Both the position numbers and the translations under genes were made by a program. From Leucoraja erinacea (Eukaryota), in contig NC_073407.1 in NCBI RefSeq assembly GCF_028641065.1, forward strand, positions 20,150,001 to 20,214,000: a stretch of DNA of 64,000 nt, in the 5' to 3' direction. Positions 50,517 to 62,000 of the stretch are shown piece after piece (position 1 is the first letter of the stretch; each line of letters begins with the position of its first letter). Under the pieces are notes generated by a model. The model saw only the letters and a list, made by a program, of their open reading frames with translations. It was not told where the DNA came from and did no database searches.

Positions 50517-51077
50517 CTAGACCAAGTGCAGACCCGTCTGCTCCCCCAATGGTGTGATCCCCCAACCCAATATTCCACCATGCACCCGTCTCCTCCATTG
50601 GAACTGAGCCCGTTCCCAAATGTAAGATTGCAGCCCTCCCCTGCCTGGTGCAGCAGTGAAAAGTTCAGTGTTCCTCTCTTGCAACTTTGTTTCGAAGTGT
50701 GTTGGAAGCTGACATGTAAATGGAGAAGCCTGTTTATTTTTGAAATACTTGGGGGGGGGGGGGGAAGAGAAGGATTTGATTAAAAACATGTACTTGAACA
50801 CGACGAAATGAAATGAGGAGCGGAAACTTAGAAAGAAAAGCAAAATCTCTACCGAAATGGAAAATATCTCGGAGATTGAGCGTCTGGATTGGGCGTGGCA
50901 ATGAATCAAAGGAAGAAATGCAGCCGGCAGCCGTACATGCAAATGAATCCATTCCGATTGGACATCTGCGAGCATCGGCCATTCCAATTGGACATCTGCG
51001 AGTATCGGGCACGAATCGAAAGGCAGGAAGGGATCCATACTGCAGGCGGACGGATTTGAGTTTTATATATATATAGA
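50517..51077 (-). mobile_element. Solo non-autonomous Helitron-like element
   Basis: Minus strand reads A|TCTATATATATATAAAACTC...GCAGAC-GG-GTCTGC-ACTTGGTCTAG|T: 5' TC, subterminal hairpin, 3' CTAG, inserted in AT with no TSD; interior homologous to 24294-25005. Confidence 0.8.
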
Positions 51078-51154
51078 TATGCACGCCCTATTGGAAATGC
51101 AGCCAGATCAGGCACTATCACCGTATTGCTTGTTTTTGTTTAAGAACACAGTTT

Positions 51155-51515
51155 AATAATAATAATAATAATACATTTTATATATGGGCGCCTTTCAAGA
51201 GTCTCAAGGACACCTTAAAAAATTTTAGCAAGTAGAGGAAAAACATGTAAGCGGAATGAAATAAATAGTAGAGACATGACTAGTACACAAATTAAAGACA
51301 TAATTCAATTCAAAACACAATATGAGGCAATTCAAGCACAGATGAAATGGGAGGGGGACGTGGGGCTAAGGATAGGCAGAGGTGAAGGGATGGGTCTTGA
51401 GGCGGGACTGGAAGATGGTGAGGGACACGGAATTGCGGATCAGTTGGGGGAGGGAGTTCCAGAGCCTGGGAGCTGCCCTGGAGAAGGCTCTGTCCCCAAA
51501 ACTGCGGAGGTTGGA
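51155..51515 (-). mobile_element. L2-type LINE 3' fragment
   Basis: Minus strand encodes LRSFGDRAFSRAAPRLWNSLPQLIRNSVSLTIFQSRLKTH (L2 RT C-terminus); (ATT)n tail. Confidence 0.75.
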
Positions 51516-52068
51516 TTTGTGGTGTTTAAGAACAACAGAAACGGGAGCAGTCCATTGGGCTTGCTTTACCGTGCAGTAAAATTATAAGTGGTCTTAAGCT
51601 GTTCTTCCCGCTTTATCGCCATATCTGCTGATGACTAAAAGTTCATTTGTCCTTAAATAAACTCGGTGAAGAGCCTGTTGAGAGCAAAAATTACACAAAT
51701 TTATAACCCTCTTCACCCTGAAATGTCTCACACCATCTTGAGACTGAACTGCCTGTTGCAGTTATTAGAACTTAGACTCTTTGCATCTGCCCTATCAATC
51801 TTGTTTCTTTTTGTTTTAGTGAGATTCTGGCTAAAACTGAATGCCAGTGATTTAAACCAGCATCTGCAGTTCTTTCCTACACATCCACTGGAAGCATTCT
51901 CTTTGAACAAGTTCTCTCTCCGACTATTTTACTACTGGAGGCACTCAGCAGGAAAACGTCGTCCATTCCTTCTCTCCAGAGATACTGCCTTCCTTGCTTT
52001 GATATGGGTTTGATTTGGACACATTGGGGCGTCACTTACTCGCGTCGGTTACATTTGTATCGGGCGCC

Positions 52069-52078
52069 GCGCATGCGC
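52069..52078. promoter_or_regulatory. NRF-1 site in ENDOG promoter
   Basis: Palindrome GCGCATGCGC ~56 bp upstream of the ENDOG ATG in a CpG-rich patch. Confidence 0.6.
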
Positions 52079-52133
52079 CAGGCGTGTGACATTGACACAG
52101 TCCCATTCACAGAAAAAGTTGCAAGGTTCTAGA

Positions 52134-52670
52134 ATGCGCCGCGCACTGAGCTCACGGTGGCTGTTGGCGGGAGTCTCCTTGGCTGCAGGGGCCGGTTTGG
52201 GGGTGGGATACGGAGCTCACCGGCACCAAGATGCTTCCGATTCCTTCCTCCATTGCCCCGTGATCCCTATCCCGTCTGTAACCGCGGATGCCGTTGCCAA
52301 CGAATCCTTGGTGCCAGTCAGTCCGGCACAGCTGACCCTCGGCAAGACGACCGGAATCATGAAATTCGGTTTCCCTTCTCTGTCCCACATCAAGACCCGC
52401 GAATCATACGTGTTGGCCTATGACCCACGAACCAGGAACGCCCTGTGGGTGCTGGAGCGACTGGACGCGGGCAGACTGGGCCTGACTGGCTCCGACCGCA
52501 ATCGTTGTGTATTTAGGGAGGATGAGTCTGTGCATGAATACCACCGAGCACAGAACGGCGACTTCAAAGGTAGCGGTTTCGACCGGGGTCACTTGGCAGC
52601 AGCCGCTAACCATAAGCACAGCCAGAAATGCATGGATGATACCTTCTACCTCAGCAACATGGTGCCTCAG
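52134..52670 (+). CDS. ENDOG: ENDOG exon 1
   Basis: MRRALSSRWLL...FDRGHLAAAANHKHSQKCMDDTFYLSNMVPQ; CAG|GTAACC donor. Confidence 0.95.
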
Positions 52671-55378
52671 GTAACCAGTAGGGAAGCATAACATTCCAGA
52701 TCCTATAAATTCGAAACACAGACAGAAAGTTGGAAATGCTCAGCAGGTCGGGAGATATCAACGGGGTAAGGACACACAGGGAAAGTTTGGAGATTTGGAT
52801 TTGGATTTGCCTGGTGGATTTGGATTTGGATTTTAAGGAGTGATTGAATATGCTGTGGCTTTTCTCCCCAGTACGTTTGGAGTTTGAGGGGTGACTTATA
52901 GGTTCATAAAAAATAGTGAGGGATGCAGATAAATTGAATGTCTCGTCAGCAAAGGAGAGTCTAAAACTAGAAGGCATAAGTATAAGGGAAGCAGGGAGGA
53001 TTTAAATGGGACCAAAGAGGCAACTTTTTCATGCAGAGGGTGGTGCAACCAGAATCGTACAGAGCACTACAAATATGGCCATACCAACTTCTTGTACAGC
53101 TGGACGATGATGACAGACCAACTCTTCCTCTCGGTACTCTGACCGATTAAGGCAAGTGTGCCGAAGGCCTTATTCACCAGCCAGCATCATCTGAGTCCCA
53201 CACCACCATGGTCACACACTCATTTCATTCCTGCCATTGGGAAAAAGATATCGGAGCCTGAAAACTGAGAGAAAACCGAGGGAATGTTTGTGATAGGGTG
53301 CAGACCCAAGTCGCCAATTATTTAAATAACAATATGTTCAAGAGATAATTGAAACCAATGTACTGCTGCATTTCGAGCGGACCAGTATAGCATAGGAGCA
53401 TCCCACAATGTCTGTGCCAAACATGATGCTAAGTTAAACAAATCTCCTCTGCCTGTATTGTGATCAATATCCCTTCATTCCCTGCATATCCGCGTACATA
53501 TCTAAAAGCTTAAAAAATGCCACGATCAAATCGGCCTCAAACACCATACCTGACACTGTTCTAGGCATCCACCACACTCTTGAGTTTAAAAGAACTTGCC
53601 CTGTACCAAAGGACCCCTTTCCATGTTGTATGCTTTGTTGATTATTTTTTTCATTCTGAGATAAGGTAAGTTTATGATAAAACATAGCTTTTTATAGCTG
53701 AAAACCAAGCTGCTTTGAGAAGGACATGCATACAGTCTGAAGCATAACATTCCTTCAGTTTTGAGGGGAAGAAGTGAATCATAGTTAGATTCAGTTGGGA
53801 TATGTTTATAGATCATGCAGTCTGGACCAACAATGGAATTGATTTTCATTTTGGTAACTTAAACACATTTTACTATCTATATACTGTCCTTTTCTGTGCT
53901 AGTTTTAGATTTACTTCATTTCTTTCCTTTAGAATCCTGATTTAAATAAGAATGCCTGGAACAATCTGGAGAGGTATTGTCGGAGTCTGACCAAGTCCAA
54001 TAAAAATGTGTACGTTTGCACGGGACCCCTTTATTTGCCGAGGTATGACTCTGACCCTTCCGTTGGGTTACTTACAATAGCAGATGTGAAAGTATTGCTT
54101 TTGAGGAAGATCTCTTAGCAAGTACCCAGTTGGTGTTAGTTGATCGCAGACAGAGCAACGCATGGCTTTACAGCTTGGGGAAGGTTCCCTGCTCTTCGTT
54201 ACGTTCGAGTCTTTCTGGAGAATGTGAACAGGATAGATTCTGCCCCAATGCCTTTGTTCACCAAATAGCTTTATAGATTGTTGAGATTCATATTTTGAAC
54301 TCGGGCGAGTTAAGGGAAGGTTGCCATCTTTGGTTAAGTGATGTGAAAAGATGAGGGGACGGAGAAAGGGAATGAGCATGACAAGAATAGAACAGCAGTA
54401 CACTACCAAATTCATATCTACCCTTCTCCCAAATTCTGCAGCTCTTGCTCTGGGACCCATCGCAGAGTTGACCAAGAACGAGTGGGGGAAGGGAGGTCTT
54501 GCAATCTTAATGGAGTCTTGGGAGCTGGTTACTATTACACACCAAGTACTAGATATAGATGGAAAAATGGCAAATGAGTAATATTACACTTTCAAAAAAA
54601 CACCAGGTACAGTAAAAAGGAATTCATATAAAGTCTAAAAGAGGTTGCTCCCCCTCAAATGTATTACCTACTTCAAACACAGAGAGCTGAAGGGCCTGTT
54701 TCTAAACAGCACTGGTCTGAGTAAGTTAAGTTTCCATGTCAATTCAGGTAATAAATACTACATCACTAATGTGCTCCCTCTTGGCTGAGACATCAAACTG
54801 ATGCTCTGTTTATCTTATTAATTTGGAGCAAACAATCATGTGTCACTGCTGCAAGGAAGAGCAACGGAATTCTTCTTGGCCAATATTTATCCTCAAAACA
54901 ACACCAAGACAGGTTGTCTTGTTGCTTAAAAAACCTTACTGTGTGTATATTGGTTACAACACTTTTTGCATTACAACACATATACTTCCTTAGAACTTTG
55001 CCTGTAAAAACACTTTGGGACTTCCTGGGGCCATGAACGGGCCATCTAAATTAAAATTATTTTAAAATTGAGTAATTTGGTTATATTTTGATCAGGAAGG
55101 AATCGGATGGGAAGTTGTATGTTAAGTATCAAGTCATCGGGAAGAATAACGTTGCAGTTCCAACACACATCTTTAAAGTGGTGATACTGGAGAAAGACAG
55201 CGGGGAAATCGAATTGCAGTCGTATGTGATGCCAAATCTGCCAGTTTTGGATAACATTCCCCTTGAACGTTTCCTGGTGCCAATCGAGAGCATTGAGCGG
55301 GCATCTGGCCTTCTGTTTGTCAGCAACATTCTGAAAAGAACCAATAGCCTGAAAGCGATAACTGGCAGTAGCAAATAA
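52134..55378 (+). CDS. ENDOG: Endonuclease G, mitochondrial, 309 aa
   Basis: Exons 52134-52670, 53933-54042, 55096-55378 total 930 nt. N-terminal targeting-like sequence; DRGH active-site motif (FDRGHLAAAANH); NAWNNLE; IESIERASGLLF. Confidence 0.97.
52808..53102 (+). repeat. ~290-bp segment duplicated at 58239-58528
   Basis: Near-identical direct copy (3 substitutions and one GGATTT indel, counted by eye); made of degraded CR1 pieces. Confidence 0.85.
53933..54042 (+). CDS. ENDOG: ENDOG exon 2
   Basis: NPDLNKNAWNNLERYCRSLTKSNKNVYVCTGPLYLP(R). Confidence 0.95.
55096..55378 (+). CDS. ENDOG: ENDOG exon 3
   Basis: KESDGKLYVKYQVIGKNNVAVPTHIFKV...ASGLLFVSNILKRTNSLKAITGSSK*. Confidence 0.95.
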
Positions 55379-55632
55379 ATGACAGGATGGACAATGACTG
55401 AGGTAGGAAATTATCAGGACAGGGGATAAAGATTTGTTCCTGAACAAATTGTACCGCTTCATTTTATGGCTCGAATAAGTAACGTTTATCCTTAATTTCC
55501 AAATTACTTTATGTAGCTATACCTTGTATATTTTATGTAGCTATACCTTGTATATTTTATGCACCATTCTTAATACTATGTTATTTGTTTATTTGAGATT
55601 ATTATTACATTCAAAACTGCAAAGAAAGCTCA

Positions 55633-55638
55633 ATTAAA
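55633..55638 (+). terminator. Candidate ENDOG poly(A) signal
   Basis: ATTAAA ~255 nt after the stop codon, followed by a T-rich tract. Confidence 0.45.
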
Positions 55639-55787
55639 TTATTGGAATATTCTGTTTTTTTCTCAACCAAAATATTATTCTAGGCATTATTGTGGCTATC
55701 AGTGATCAGATGGGGGTGGTTCCTTTTCTTTAATTATCATTGTGGCCATTGGGGCCAGCATTTATTCACCATTTAGACATGTGAAAG

Positions 55788-56092
55788 AATAATAATAATA
55801 ATAATAATAAATTTTATTCATGGGCACCTTTCAAGAGTCTCAAGGACACCTTACAAAAATTTAGCAAGTAGAGGAAAAACATGTAAGCGGAATGAAATAA
55901 ATAGTAGAGACATGACTAGTACATAAATTCAAGCACAGATAAAAAGGGAGGGGGACGTGGGGCTAAGGATAGGCAGAAGTGAAGAGATGGGTCTTGAGGT
56001 GAGACTGGAAGATGGTGAGGGACACTGAATTGAGGATCAGTTGGGGGGGGAGTTCCAGAGCCTGGGAGCTGAAGAAGGCTCCATCCCCAAAA
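55788..56092 (-). mobile_element. L2-type LINE 3' fragment
   Basis: Homologous to 51155-51515, same orientation; (ATT)n tail. Confidence 0.75.
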
Positions 56093-56359
56093 CAAAGAAT
56101 AACGGTGGGCCTATTGTTTGTACCATCACAACTCATATGGTGGAGGTGATACCCGATTTAGAGTCTGATATATATCTGAGGCTTCTTTAGCAATCCTCCC
56201 TAAGCCTGTGATCCTCGCCACTCAGTGGAAGGTAAAACAAATGCTTGGCTTTAGAATCCCAGTGTATCTGGGAATCTGATGCTTCTTTGATTACCTTTTA
56301 AAACACCATGTCATCAAAACTAGTTATTTATGTAGTGCATTGATGTTGCTTTGTTGGTC

Positions 56360-56763
56360 GACACAAAATTCTAGGGCAACTCAGCGGGACAGGCAGCACC
56401 TCTGGAGAGAAGGAATGGGTGACGTTTCGAGTCGAGAACCTTCCTCAGACTGAGAGTCTGGGGAGAGGGAGACACAGAGATAAGGTAGTGCACGGTGTGA
56501 AAATGAGACATCAAAGGGGATGTAGACTAAGGAAAATGTAGAATCGATCATTGTTAACTAGGAGAAATGGTGACAACGAAGCATACAGAGATAACATTTA
56601 ATCAGGGGGACAGTCAGACTGGTTGAAGAACCAGGAAGGGGGAGGGATAGGATGAGGAAAAGCAAGGGTTACTTGAAGTTAAATAAGTTAATATTAATAC
56701 CGCTGGGGAGTAGGCTGCCCAAGTGAAATATGAGATGCTGTTCTTCCAATTTGCGCTGGGCCT
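56360..56763 (-). mobile_element. Penelope-like element 3' remnant (GIY-YIG C-terminus + hammerhead-containing terminal repeat)
   Basis: 56761-56669 (-) encodes AQRKLEEQHLIFHLGSLLPSGININLFNFK*; downstream CTGAGGA-A-GGTTC-TC-GACTC-GAAAC-GTC at 56448-56421. Confidence 0.75.
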
Positions 56764-57330
56764 AGTTGGTATTCGGTTGTCTGGGCTTGAGATATTAGCA
56801 GTAATTTCCAATCAATCCCTGTCAAAAGGTGGTTGATGGGGTGAGGAGTGAGAGTGGCTGTGGTTTATCCAAATTAATTGATGTAAGTTTGAAAAAGGCA
56901 GTATGCTGCATGAGTACATTATTCTCTTTTCTCAAATTATTTTCCAAATGATTAATTTACTTTTAATTCCCCGACCAGACAGTACTCAGATAACGTTGCG
57001 TGGAAATGAACAGCTAATATCACAATTTTGAGAATATACATTTCAAATTTGTAGTAGTGTCACTCAGAGTTTTACATTTAAGGAAAGACTTCAAATCAAA
57101 TCTCCCATTGCGATCTTGAGTGTTGAAAAAAATCCCATTATTCTATTTGAAAAAGAATGAGAGTTCATCTTGCAACACCCCTCCCCCCATTTTGTAAAAT
57201 AAAACTACTTGATTAACTTCTCTGTTTGTGGTGCTTGAAATGTCTCATATTCAAATGTACTTGTTTCCCATCTCATTTTGATCAGTCTTTCGTAGGACAC
57301 TGAAACATTATGCAAAAAAAAATGAAAAAA

Positions 57331-57545
57331 TGATTCAATTTTATTGTCATTGTCAGTGTACAGTACAGAGACAACGAAATGCATTTTTAGCATCTCCCTT
57401 GAAAGGGAGACACAGGGCGTCGCGGTGTGCCCACGCCTGCCGCCGTACATTCCATTACAGGCAAAGGTGGGTGAAGTGTCTTGCCCAAGGACACAACGAC
57501 AGTATGCACTCCAAGCGGGATTTGAACCGGCTACCTTCCGGTCAG
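57331..57545 (-). mobile_element. tRNA-derived SINE (second family)
   Basis: Minus strand B-box GGTTCAAATCC, core GTGTCCTTGGGCAAGACACTT, LINE-like tail ...ATGACAATAAAATTGAATC. Confidence 0.6.
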
Positions 57546-58528
57546 TGTTTAACTCCCCAAAATCAATACATTTGTGTGATGAAAGAAGGCACTGTAAAGT
57601 ATTTTATCATTTGTTATTGATCACTATGCATTTATTTACTCATAATTCTGGTCTGCAGTCCTAACGAGTGGTTCAAAAATCAGACCACGTGGGCTCTGTT
57701 TTGGACCCAGATATTTCTGCTACCTAAGGAATTTGAATCCGTTGGCCCTTGGAACTTCCTCCATTGCTCATTGTTGCCATTTTGGATTCTCTATCTTGAC
57801 CGTACCATCCTGCTCATCTGCACAAGATTTTTTTTAAAGTATAATTGAGATCCCTTTTAATTCTTCTGAACTCTAGACAACACCATCCTCGTCTACTCAA
57901 TCTCACCTGATCTCCCATCCCACAAGCCAAGATAGTAGTAGATCTTTATTACGATCCCTCCATGGCAAATCACGTCCATTTTTGGATAATGAAAACAGGT
58001 TTGTGTGCATAGTACTGATGATGATGGAGCAACTCTGTTGATGTTGGAGTTGCAACTTGGTGAAGTTAAATCCATTCATATCTTGATGGGCAAATTTACA
58101 TTGCCATTTTGGAAGGAACACTCTGGCCACTGGGACAAGACAGTTGAAGAAGATTCCTACAATGAATCCTTACCCGGCTCCTGGAAGGATGTCATTAACT
58201 GGATAGAGTGCTAAACAATATTTACCAGGATATTACCATGCCTGGTGGATTTGGATTTTAAGGAGTGATTGAATATGCTGTGGCTTTTCTCCCCAGTACG
58301 TTTGGAGTTTGAGGGGTGACTTATAGGTTCATAAAAAATAGTGAGGGATGCAGATAAGTTGAATGTCTCCTCAGCAAAGGAGAGTCTAAAACTAGAAGGC
58401 ATAAGTATAAGGGAAGCAGGGAGGATTTAAATGGGACCAAGGAGGCAACTTTTTCATGCAGAGGGTGGTGCAACCAGAATCGTACAGAGCACTACAAATA
58501 TGGCCATACCAACTTCTTGTACAGCTGG

Positions 58529-58674
58529 NNNNNNNNNNNNNNNNNNNNNNNNNNNNNNNNNNNNNNNNNNNNNNNNNNNNNNNNNNNNNNNNNNNNNNNN
58601 NNNNNNNNNNNNNNNNNNNNNNNNNNNNNNNNNNNNNNNNNNNNNNNNNNNNNNNNNNNNNNNNNNNNNNNNNN
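58529..58674. other. Assembly gap
   Basis: Run of N. Confidence 0.99.
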
Positions 58675-58899
58675 TTTGTGTGTGTCTTATCTTTGACTGT
58701 ATACGCACTGAACTTTTGTTCTCTTCCATTACATTGTTTACACTACAGAGTACAACGTTTACATATTTTGTTGTGCTGCTGCGAGTCAGGATGTCATTCT
58801 TCTTCTGTCTGGGTCATATGACAATAAAACCCTCTTGACCCTTCATTTCCCTGCACCTTTTTGAACCCAAGGCAGGCAACTTGTCCATTCTCCAGCTCT

Positions 58900-58995
58900 G
58901 CAGTCATTGTAGGGCGTGGCTTGCTCGGCCTCGTCAGCGACCAATGGCAGCGCCTCTTGTTGAGTCTTGACGACCGAGGGGAAGCCAAGATGGCC
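58900..58995 (+). promoter_or_regulatory. CpG-rich SPOUT1 promoter
   Basis: GGGCGTGG GC box, CCAAT at 58941, YY1-like CAAGATGGCCG overlapping the ATG. Confidence 0.55.
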
Positions 58996-59034
58996 GGCGA
59001 GCAGCGGCCGCCGACGCGGTGGAAGGGGAAGCAT
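58990..59034 (+). CDS. SPOUT1: SPOUT1 exon 1
   Basis: Strong Kozak AAGATGG; CAT|GTGAGT donor. Confidence 0.75.
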
Positions 59035-62000
59035 GTGAGTCCCTCCATGGCAATCGTTAGATGCAGAGAAGGAAATTTTAAAGCGTGTGTGTGTGTGTGT
59101 GGGGGGGTTAGGAGTTCGCTCAATCGCCCACGGGCTTTTGGCGGCTCCCGCGACCGCGCTGTGAGGCAGCAAAGGCTCAGCGGCCGGCGGGTATTGCTGG
59201 GCACTCGTTGATTTAATTTAAACCGCGGGGAGTTTCTCCCGTGTCGTTTCCACATTAAGAATAAACGACGGCAGTGTAAATAGTCTGTCCAATTTCGGTA
59301 GAAGGAACGGAGAGGTGCAAATAAAGTTTTAAATGGTGTTTTCCCTCTATGTTAATTGGAATCGTACAGCATGGAGGCAGACCCTTCGGCCTAACTCGTC
59401 CGTGCCGCCCACGTTGTTATTTGAGCTACTCCATTTAACCCCGTTTGATCTTTCCCATCCATGTACCTGTCCAAAATGCCTTTTAATTGTATTCGCCTCT
59501 GGCAGCCCGTTCTATTTTCCTACCACCCTGTGTGGAAAACGTGGATCTCCTTTAAGTCTTCCCCTCTCACTTTATAAACGACTCCCCTACCCTGAGAAGG
59601 ATGACCATTCCTTTAATGATTTTATTCAATTCAATTCAATTCTCAATTCAATTTTATATTTATTTACCCTTTAGACTCCCCTACATTACCTGAGAAGAAG
59701 ACAGTAAACATCCATCACATTGCTTCAAAAAAACTTACTCTCATCTATGCCTCAAAGGCGAGGGACCTGAGTATATTTTATATACTTCAAAATAATCTCC
59801 CTTAAGTCTCCTTCACTCTAGCGGGGGAAAAAAGTGTGTAACTTAACCCTTTCAGTCCCAGGAACATCTTTGAGTGTCATTTCTGCACACTTTTCAACTT
59901 AATTACAAACTACAACTAGGTAACTATAATTATACACAATATTCCAAGTGCAGTCTCACTGATGTCTTGATTTGGTTCTTTATATCGTGTAAAGCATGTA
60001 ACATGATGTCCCAACACCTGAAGAAGGGTCTCAACCTGATACGCCACCCATTCCTTCTCCCCAGAGATGCTGCCTGTCCCGCTGAGCTACTTCAGCTTTT
60101 TGTGTCTATCTCCTGTACTCTATGATGAATACAAAATGCTGGAGTAACTCAGCATTTACCCGTGTTGCCATTTTGGAGGAACTGTGTACCTGTACCCATT
60201 GATCTCTAGGTTCAATAACACTGCAAATCTTAGCCTGATTTAACTTCCTGAAATACAACACTTTGCACATCCATGTTAAATTTCATCTGGCATTCTTGGG
60301 TCCACCTTTCAAGTTAAATTTGATCCTGTGGTAATCTTACATAGCTTTCACTGTTCTCTAAATCACCAAATTTACTAATTCTGCCAACTATATTTTCATC
60401 CAAAGCATTAGTATACCTGACAAACAACAGTGGACCCAGCACCAATAAAGGCACAACATTAGCTTTTTGGTCTAGAGCTTCTTTCAGTATTCTGGTCCCT
60501 CGCCTGTTGCTAACAGGAAAAAGATAAAGTGCTGGAAGAACTCAGCAGGTCAGGCAGCATCTGTGAAGGGATTGGACAAGCAACTTTTCGGGTTGGGATC
60601 CTTCTTCAGACTTGAGTCTGAATAGCCTTTTGCTACTTATTATGTGCACATAAACTGATCCTTTACAGCTAATAATCCTCATTGCTAATAGCATGTAACG
60701 TACAACCGGTGCTTGCACTTGAAGAGATATATACATAAAAAGTATTTATTGGAGCAGAACATACGTAAGATTTTTCAGGTCCTTCATAAGGTAATTGCTA
60801 AAAGGATGTTTTCCCCAGAAGGAAATCTAAAACAAGGAGGTGCATTTTCAGCATAAAATGGATGAGGGAACTTTCTGTCAGTTGTGAATCTTTGAAGAAC
60901 TTTATTCCAGGGAGCTGTGGAGTTTGATTCATTGAATATTATCAAGGCTGAGATAGATAGGTTTTGGTCAAAGGGATAGCTAATATTTTTGAGAAAGTGG
61001 AACCACAATTGGATCAGTCACAATCTTATTTGATGTTGCAACAGGCTCAAGGCACCACCTAGCCTCTGCCTTTTTCTTGTTCTTATCTGACTAGAATTTT
61101 TTCTGCATAAAAAGTGGAAGCATATCTTCCACAGATAACGAATATCAATAGCATACACCTTTTTGTGAGTTTTATTGATCAACACACATGGTGTATGTGT
61201 TTATATAATTTATTGACTTGGTGTTCTCTCAGGGTGAAATGACTGGACCTGACTGGAAGAAATCAAAAGATGCCAGTGAGTATTGAATTTTTACTTTATT
61301 AATATTCCAGTTTATTTCCCTCTTATGTTTTCTTTTGCTGATTATCCTGGGTTTCCTGTTGCCATGAGGATGGAATGGTTATTGACAGTGATTTGTGTAT
61401 AGTTCCTATTTACCCTATGTGTAAATATTCTTGATGCCATTTGCAAGTGAAAACCCCAGCCAATTCCTAAAGGTTAGGGGAGAAAAAGTAGAAGGGATTG
61501 GCCCCTCGGGCTGCTCTTATGCACAAGATACTGTTCCTAAAGAGGCATTGAAAAATCATAGAATCTGAGTTGGAATAGCTTATTAGTTCTTCAGCTTTAA
61601 GAAATACTTTAAATACTTAAATACCTTAAATACTTGACCTTCACTGCCTTCACCCTCTGGATGAAGAAGTTTCTCCTATCTAAGTTCTGAAGAGTATATC
61701 TCAGGTTCTAGAATCACCACCATTAGTAACATCCTCCCTGTATCTAGTTTATCTTGCCCTGTTAGAAGTTTATAGGGTTTTATAATATGTCCTCTCATTC
61801 ATCCATAATCCTTTGAATAGGATCACTGACTTGATCTCCCCTCATGAATCTGATTCGCCGTCCCAGGAATCAGTCTAGACCAGCCCAAGACTGCATGCAA
61901 AACTCTATATAGTGTCACAGCAAGGCCGAAGGGAGCTGCAGGGAGTAATTCCAGTCCTTTACTCGGGTCCTGTTGTGTGGGGTCCGCACGTTCTCCCTGT

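Noticed and set aside
52086-52133. N-terminal ENDOG extension from the GTG at 52086
   Set aside because: The ORF caller used a non-ATG start; the ATG at 52134 begins a typical mitochondrial presequence.
58005-58214. Protein-like ORF left of the gap
   Set aside because: Its 3' part resembles degraded CR1 (GGAAGGATGTCATTAA...TTTACCAGGAT); no convincing exon structure.
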